From Daphnia carinata (taxonomy: Eukaryota), in contig NC_081331.1 of NCBI RefSeq assembly GCF_022539665.2, positions 10,478,001 to 10,542,000 on the forward strand: a stretch of 64,000 nt of DNA, in the 5' to 3' direction. This document shows positions 57,930-64,000 of this stretch, piece by piece. Each line of letters begins with the position of its first letter. Position 1 is the stretch's first letter. The notes under the pieces are model-generated. The model had not been told where the DNA came from. It saw only the letters and a list, made by a program, of their open reading frames with translations, and searched no databases. The translations under genes were made by a program, and so were the position numbers.

Positions 57930-58100
57930 TATGGCAACCCGTTTTACCCAAAATTAAAATAAAAAATATTGCCCTTTTTTCTGTTTTACTGCTATTCATG
58001 GCAATCTGTTTTACCCCCCCAAAAAAAAATATCGGCCTTTTTTTCTGTTTCACTGCTATCGCCATCTACCGGTCGGTAGATGGCGAAAGCAACCGAAACA
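57930..58100. repeat. Imperfect ~65-bp tandem duplication ending in a strong palindrome
   Basis: ATGGCAAyCyGTTTTACCC...CCTTTTTTCTGTTTyACTGCTAT occurs twice. Palindrome TCGCCATCTACCG-GT-CGGTAGATGGCGA at 58059-58086. Confidence 0.7.
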
Positions 58101-60011
58101 AATGCCAGCAGAAAGCAAATAAATGCCAAAGGTGAGACATGCTGTAAAGGCTTGATACAAATGTGTAGGCGTAGTTTTGGAATTCAGAGGTGCTAGCTGG
58201 CTGTTTGGTAAAACTTCAGTTAAATTTGGTTTCAATTCAATATGTTTTATTTATTATTTGTGTGATTACGCAAAGGATTGGGCCATCCAGGCATTGTGGA
58301 TATTCTGCCATGTACATGATAAACCTAGGATTCTTCGTCAACATGCAAGATGTCACCCCCTGGTAATGCTTTTCCGCTGAGTTTGTTTAGTTTTCTAATT
58401 TTAATCGTCAATGTCGTATTAGCAAACTACTGTTGACAGAAAAGCTGATACATTTGGACAATGGTTACAGCATGTGTGATGAATAAATCACCATAGATCA
58501 GTTGCCTTGCCTTCCCAATTGCAACAAAGACGAATCATGGAGTCAAAAATATTAAAAGGTGGTACTATTTTAATTGTTTTAATTGATAGATCGCTAAGTG
58601 CTGATATTTGTGTAGAATGTGCTGGAATTCATGTCATCCTGGAGAGGATTAAAAAAGAGATGTATCCATGAAGCAGTTCATTAGTCATGTCCCAAATGAA
58701 TGCCTGCGTCAACCAGCAAACTTTCAATGGCTAACAAGGATTTAATGGTTTTGAAAATCGTAGGCAACATTCCTAAATCCCACCTGTCAAAAGATTTGAA
58801 TGCAACAATTTTTTTCTGAACTGATGCCTGCCAAATTCTTTTCCCATAAAATGAGGTGATATGAGGTTATAATGGAAATTGTTGTTAAGACTGCCGAGAC
58901 CAGGTACATTATTTACCTTAACGTTTAGTGATCAAAACAACCAACTTTGTAACCTTTCTATTTTTTATGGTGCATGGAACGTCAAACCGGAAAGCCATGG
59001 AAGATCTCTGTGTCCAACACGAAGGGTTCTTCCAAACTTTCGTATTCAACTTTTGGCTATGGTGATCATTTGCAACTGCATAGCCTTTTAGAAGCACCTG
59101 CCAGGAATCTACAGGAATATGGCAGATGATGAATTTATGTACCATGTAAGCGATATCAATAAGAACGTCTCATGCTTATCTATGTTTTATTTTCTTAATT
59201 TTGATTAATAGCAATAGTGAACCTGCGAAGGTTTCTGGTTGGGATGTGATGACGAAAAGTTACAATAATTTGAAGTACGGAATTGAATTTCCCTCCATCA
59301 GTTGCCTGTGTATTTCCGCGTATTACGGTATTAATTATTTAAAAATTGAAGTGCATATCTGGGCTCCCTTCTTTTCTGAAGCCCCGTTTCCCCTTGACTC
59401 GTAATAAGCCCGTAGGGGGTCATGCCCCTACTGTACGGTATATATAAAAACAACATATACCGAGGTTTGGAGGGCTCTGGCCGGAAAGGGGACGTGGGGT
59501 GCCGCTTAGTCCGATGATGTGTTCACGGAGGGCGATGTGGCTACCCACAAATCCGAACTAAAGGTTAATCGCTCCTGTAAAAATGTTCCAAATCTTCAGC
59601 TCTTCTTCCGGCTTCTCTTAGCCAATCACCGGGTAATCTCCCCGGTGGGTCAACAAGGCAGTGTCTCCCCCTGCCTGGGTTGACGGCAACTTTTGAAAGG
59701 GCTATTGTGCCTTTTTAAAGTTGCAAAAATAATTGTAATGTGCAGAGAATTGTCAATAAAATTTTTTTATAAAATATTTTTTGCAAAATTTCATTATCTG
59801 TGTTCACACATTACATTTATCAACTTTTTTTTTTTGTTTTGCTTTATTTTTTTTTTGTCACCTTTGATGGTAAGCATTGTTTCCATTGGTTTATCGTTTA
59901 TCTGTAAGTATTCAATTATTATTTATTACACTCTTTGAATTCTTCAACTTAGATTCAAGGAACAACGTGTAACATCTGGATATTTTTTAGGTAATTTGGT
60001 ATTTTGTTTTA

Positions 60012-60077
60012 CTCGTATGGGAACCGATCCCCAGACATTCAGCGTGCAACGCCGATGCTCTAACATTGAGCCACGAG
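60012..60077 (-). pseudogene. tRNA-like (Ala TGC-like) element / SINE head
   Basis: Minus strand CTCGTGGCTCAATGTTAGAGCATCGGCGTTGCACGCTGAATGTCTGGGGATCGGTTCCCATACGAG: D-arm GCTC/GAGC, anticodon stem with a TGC loop, degenerate B box. Confidence 0.5.
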
Positions 60078-60365
60078 ATATATCGAAATATTTTATTATC
60101 GCATATCATATGTTATCGTCTAGGATGTTTATGCAATCTTTCACAATTATGTTTATCTTTCTATTGTTTTCGTAAGGTTCATAGCTATGTGGTAGAGCCT
60201 TTAGCTGTGATACCTGTTACCCTGGGTTCAAACCTCAGTAGATGTGTTAAAATGAAGTAGAATAAATGTAGGAGAGTAAGTTGCAGAATTGCATTTCAGT
60301 TTTATTCTAAGTGAAATGCAAGTCCACAAGTGACTAGAAAAAAGCCAACTCGTCATCACATGATT

Positions 60366-60428
60366 CATGGCTCACTGGTAGAGCATCGGCGCGGTATGCC
60401 GAACATCCAGGGTTCGACCCCTGGATGT
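60366..60428 (+). pseudogene. tRNA-like Pol III element (A and B boxes intact, acceptor stem missing)
   Basis: TGGCTCACTGGTAGAGC (A box/D-arm), TCGGC-GCGGTAT-GCCGA anticodon-like arm, CCAGGGTTCGACCCCTGG (B box/T-arm). No 7-bp acceptor stem. Confidence 0.55.
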
Positions 60429-60620
60429 AAGAAGTCTGTGGTTCAAATCCCAATCTAGTATAGTATGTCTAGTATTTATAGTTGAATAATAAATACAAAA
60501 GTAGATAGTGTAAAATCGTTTTTATTGTCCCTCCTTCCACCCACATATCCACCACTTTTACATACGTTTCAAAATACAATACACGACATACAATACATAC
60601 ACTAATACACTTAAAACTAA

Positions 60621-60928
60621 CCCGTTGGCTGCCACGCCACCTATCTACAATAGCTACTGTCGCTATCAAAGGGATAGCGACCAAGGGGGCCGGGTGGGCC
60701 GGGCTGAGACGGCGATGAGACCTTTACGGAAATGCACATCCCAGGTCTACATCGCCGTCTCGATCAAGGGATTCCCTGTGGTGCATTGCCTTTGGGGCCA
60801 TTCGGCCAATCTTGGGCAGTGGCGCTGCTCCACCCCATGGCAGATAGACCATGGAGCAGAACAGCGCGGCCCGTCCCTGTCAAGCTACAAAAAAAGGGGA
60901 TCAAAGTGGGTGGGTGGCAGCCAACGGG
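60621..60928. mobile_element. Non-autonomous piggyBac-type MITE candidate
   Basis: Terminal inverted repeats CCCGTTGGCTGCCAC / GTGGCAGCCAACGGG; flanked by CTAA on the left and TTAA on the right; CCC...GGG termini as in piggyBac; no transposase ORF. Confidence 0.6.
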
Positions 60929-61076
60929 TTAATTTGTAAGACATAATACAACATAAAACAAAACACAACCATACCACGAAGACGAGGCGACCACGAGGTG
61001 ACAAAGGGGCGATAGGGAAGGCGAAGACGGCGTGGCCACGATGCGAAGACGGGACGACGGGCGATGCTAAGAAGAC

Positions 61077-61260
61077 GGGACGACGGGCGATGCAAAGTCG
61101 GGACGACGGGCGATGCAAAGTCGGGACGACGGGCGATGCAAAGTCGGGACGACGGGCGATGCAAAGTCGGGACGACGGGCGATGCAAAGTCGGGACGACG
61201 GGCGATGCAAAGTCGGGACGACGGGCGATGCAAAGTCGGGACGACGGGCGATGCAAAGTC
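61077..61260. repeat. 23-bp GC-rich minisatellite, 8 perfect copies plus degenerate flanking copies
   Basis: Unit GGGACGACGGGCGATGCAAAGTC x8 (184 bp); partial units at ~61051 and 61261-61290. Confidence 0.95.
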
Positions 61261-64000
61261 GGGACGACGGGCGAGGTGACGACGGGCGTGGCGAAGACGA
61301 AGAAGGCTTTGTTCTAAATCGTAAAAGTAAAGAAAAAGAACTAGTTAGTGGGAAATATAAGATTGTTGTTGTAACCAAACATTGAAAGCAATTTGACTTA
61401 CTTCTGCTTTCCGATGGCTAGAAAGACTGTAGGGCCAGCAAATAGGCAGGAGACGGCTAAGAATTGGCAATTCTATGGTTGAATGTTTATTTTAAATAAA
61501 AAAGCAAACTATGAGGCATAAGAAAAATTCAAAATACCAGTAGAAATTGTGTTGAGGTACATGTCTGTGTCCGTTGGTAGGCTAAGTAGAGATTACAACT
61601 GCCAAAATGGCTGTCAGTACAGTTGACACTGCAACGACGATGAATATGGTGCACCACTCAGATCACGATTGACAGGAGACCATGAGTGGTTAAAGAGTAG
61701 AAGAACGATATTATGGTATTCCTACCCATAGGATTTGCATCTTTGGTGACATTCTTCAACGGGAAGTATTCTTTACATATGAAGTTTCATGAGGTAAACC
61801 TTAAAAGCAAAATCCATCAATGAGATTCTGATAACAAAACATTAGTCTTATACCTCTCAATGAACACTGGTATAGTTTGATGAATGCAACATAGTAGGTT
61901 GCTAATAGTTTTCTGGTTTGACAGCTGACACAGGTGAATACAAGTCATGTACAATAAACACCAAGCATTCTGTGGGCTTCACTTCTAAAGCACACTCAGG
62001 GATGAAAATGTACAGAAGCACCATTAGATTTTCTTAAGTTCTCCATTGGAATATGACATATGTAACAGAAACTTTCGAACACAGCTTTCACCGCTCCCAC
62101 AGTCAGCAAGTAAATAGTAGCACAGCAGCGTCATCTTGTTTTCCAATTAACAACCGAAAAATTCATCAAAATAGAAAATCTTGCTTTTTTGAGACGGGAA
62201 CTGCACTGATGTGAACTCTTTAAACATACTTTTAGAGCGTGAATCAACCCCCCCCCCCCAAACACCCCCATATTGGCTACTACCATTTCAATTTAGTTTT
62301 AACAAATACAGCGACCAAAACCAAGAACGGCATTTTTAAAATATAGCGATCTAACATGTTTTTGAGCCCGATTTTTTCACTGTCTTTTATTCATTTATCC
62401 AAAAACCTAGATATTTCTAGGAAAATAAATGATTTGGGTTCACAGTTCAACAAGGAGGCTGATTGCGCTTCACACACATCTATAAATTTCGCAAGTTGAC
62501 GTATCTCTGGATTGTTAGCTAGTTAAAATCTGTATGATAATACACTTTTCTTTTTTTGAACAGCTGCAATGGTATTTCGGTTATAAGTTCCACGGCAAAA
62601 TTTCTCCATTGAGACACGGACGCCAATGGTGCGTTATCTTGTGCCTATTTTCAATTAAATGGATACGCCGTCACTTTTCTGCTCGGAAGAGCTCACTTTG
62701 GCCTGGAATATTGTTTTGAATGGTGTAATTAGTAAGTTGCATACATTAGATTGAATCAATTACTTTTTGGCATACGTTCTTTAATTGTGTGAGGCTGTCA
62801 AATCGTCGACAGGCGGTATCTGAAGGAGGAAATCAGCTAAGAGCTTGCAGACTCATCAATAAATGCAAAACTATAAAAAAATTATAAAGATAGCCTGAAA
62901 CCAGATTGTAAAGAAAATTAATTTTAGTTTCCAGCACTTCGATACAGATATCATCGTCAACGTGGGCGCAGGTGACTTTTCCATGTTCATTGTATCAGGT
63001 CACCAACTTCTACTAGATGAGTCAAGAGCAAATGAGGTTACACAAACAGAAAATTAACCATACAATTCAACTGATAGATAACAATACCACGATGCGTGGA
63101 AGTGAAATACACCACATCACAACTGTTAAAACTGTCAGAACATTCACCACCCATACAAAACATTTTCTGATTCATTGATCTTCATCACCTAGCCTATACC
63201 AAGAAAACCAAACACAATTAGTGCAGAACATTTTGCTGATGAAAGTTAACATATACCTTACAAATTTACTGCAGACCGGCAATTCCAGATGGACTCCCAC
63301 ACAACATTCCAGATAAACAAAACAGTAGTAATTCCTAAACATCTTGCAATAGTGGTAAATATGATGCAGTAACTGGTAAATATAACATCTCACATGAACA
63401 ACAAATGGGAACGGAACCATTCGAAAATAAAGTAAACAATTTCGAAAATGAATTTGCACAAAAAGGACTTTAACTAAAAAACCACCTGAGAACTAAAGAA
63501 CATAATTGTTAAGCAAATCTCACTGTGTACCTTTTTGTTGGTTGAATTTGGAAATGGCTTACTAGTTGGAACAAGTTTTTTTCTTTTACCCCAAATTTGC
63601 TTTCCGGGCAGCGCACTTCTAACCTTCTCTGCTGATCACAGTATCTGCATGACCCGCTGCAGAATTATCACAAGTGAAGAGGAAATCGGGTCACAGATAC
63701 AAAGGGGCCCAGGTACACGTTTATTTTCTTTAAACACCATAACGCGTGAAATAAACGAATCCGAAGAGCTTCGGTAATCCTTCCAACTACCATAATTTTT
63801 TTGGCACTGAGCCTCCGTCAATTTTCTTTCCCGATTCTTTATAATTACGAATCTGCCTTTAGAAAAATAAAACAAGAATTAGTATAAGTTTCTTATCAAT
63901 TGAATTACGTAAAACTGTGGAATCCTAGAGACATAATATTTTGCAAACTCTTCGAATCCCTTGAAAGCAGAAAACTTTCTGCTAAAAGATCCATGTAAGC

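Noticed and set aside
59403..59706. RNase P/MRP or SRP RNA
   Set aside because: The size fits, but the conserved P4 (CR-I/CR-V) pairing and SRP helix-8 motifs could not be matched on either strand.
60615..60625. CTAACCC as a telomerase RNA template
   Set aside because: It is just the junction of the flank and the TIR of the MITE candidate; there is no extended template repeat.
61077..61260. CRISPR-like array or protein-coding repeat ORFs
   Set aside because: The units are head-to-tail with no unique spacers, there are no cas genes and the context is eukaryotic; the overlapping ORFs are a by-product of a stop-free repeat unit.
61400..64000. Spliced gene or transposase in the right-hand tail (also 58100-59400)
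   Set aside because: There are exon-like patches with GT/AG sites, but every frame is interrupted by stops and no protein motif was recognised; at most decayed or non-coding sequence.

Overview
Gene-dense eukaryotic (animal, very likely arthropod) genomic DNA with short AT-rich GT-AG introns; this is compatible with a compact crustacean genome such as Daphnia, but that is inference. Left to right: an unidentified Ser-rich gene (-, runs off the left edge), proteasome lid DUB Rpn11/PSMD14 (-), mitochondrial ATPase inhibitor IF1 (+), alkylglycerol monooxygenase (-) with a duplicated last exon, La/SSB (+), a 15-kb kismet/CHD7-9 remodeler (+), an uncharacterised protein with a PP1-docking motif (+), CNEP1R1 (+), a Beat-family Ig protein (+), about 11 kb of non-coding DNA, LanC-like protein (-), OTUD3 (+), and a repeat-rich tail (tRNA-like Pol III elements, a piggyBac-type MITE candidate, a structured GC island, a 23-bp minisatellite). 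Main observations: (1) two box C/D snoRNAs in adjacent kismet introns with guides complementary to U6 snRNA at the A53-equivalent, resembling SNORD8/SNORD9, which sit in CHD8 introns in human; (2) kismet carries an in-frame TAG in the ATPase core and an apparent +1 frameshift near its 5' end; (3) AGMO has two intact, equal-length (288 bp), about 53%-identical alternative last exons, both ending in a KxKxx ER-retrieval motif. All exon boundaries were derived by eye.
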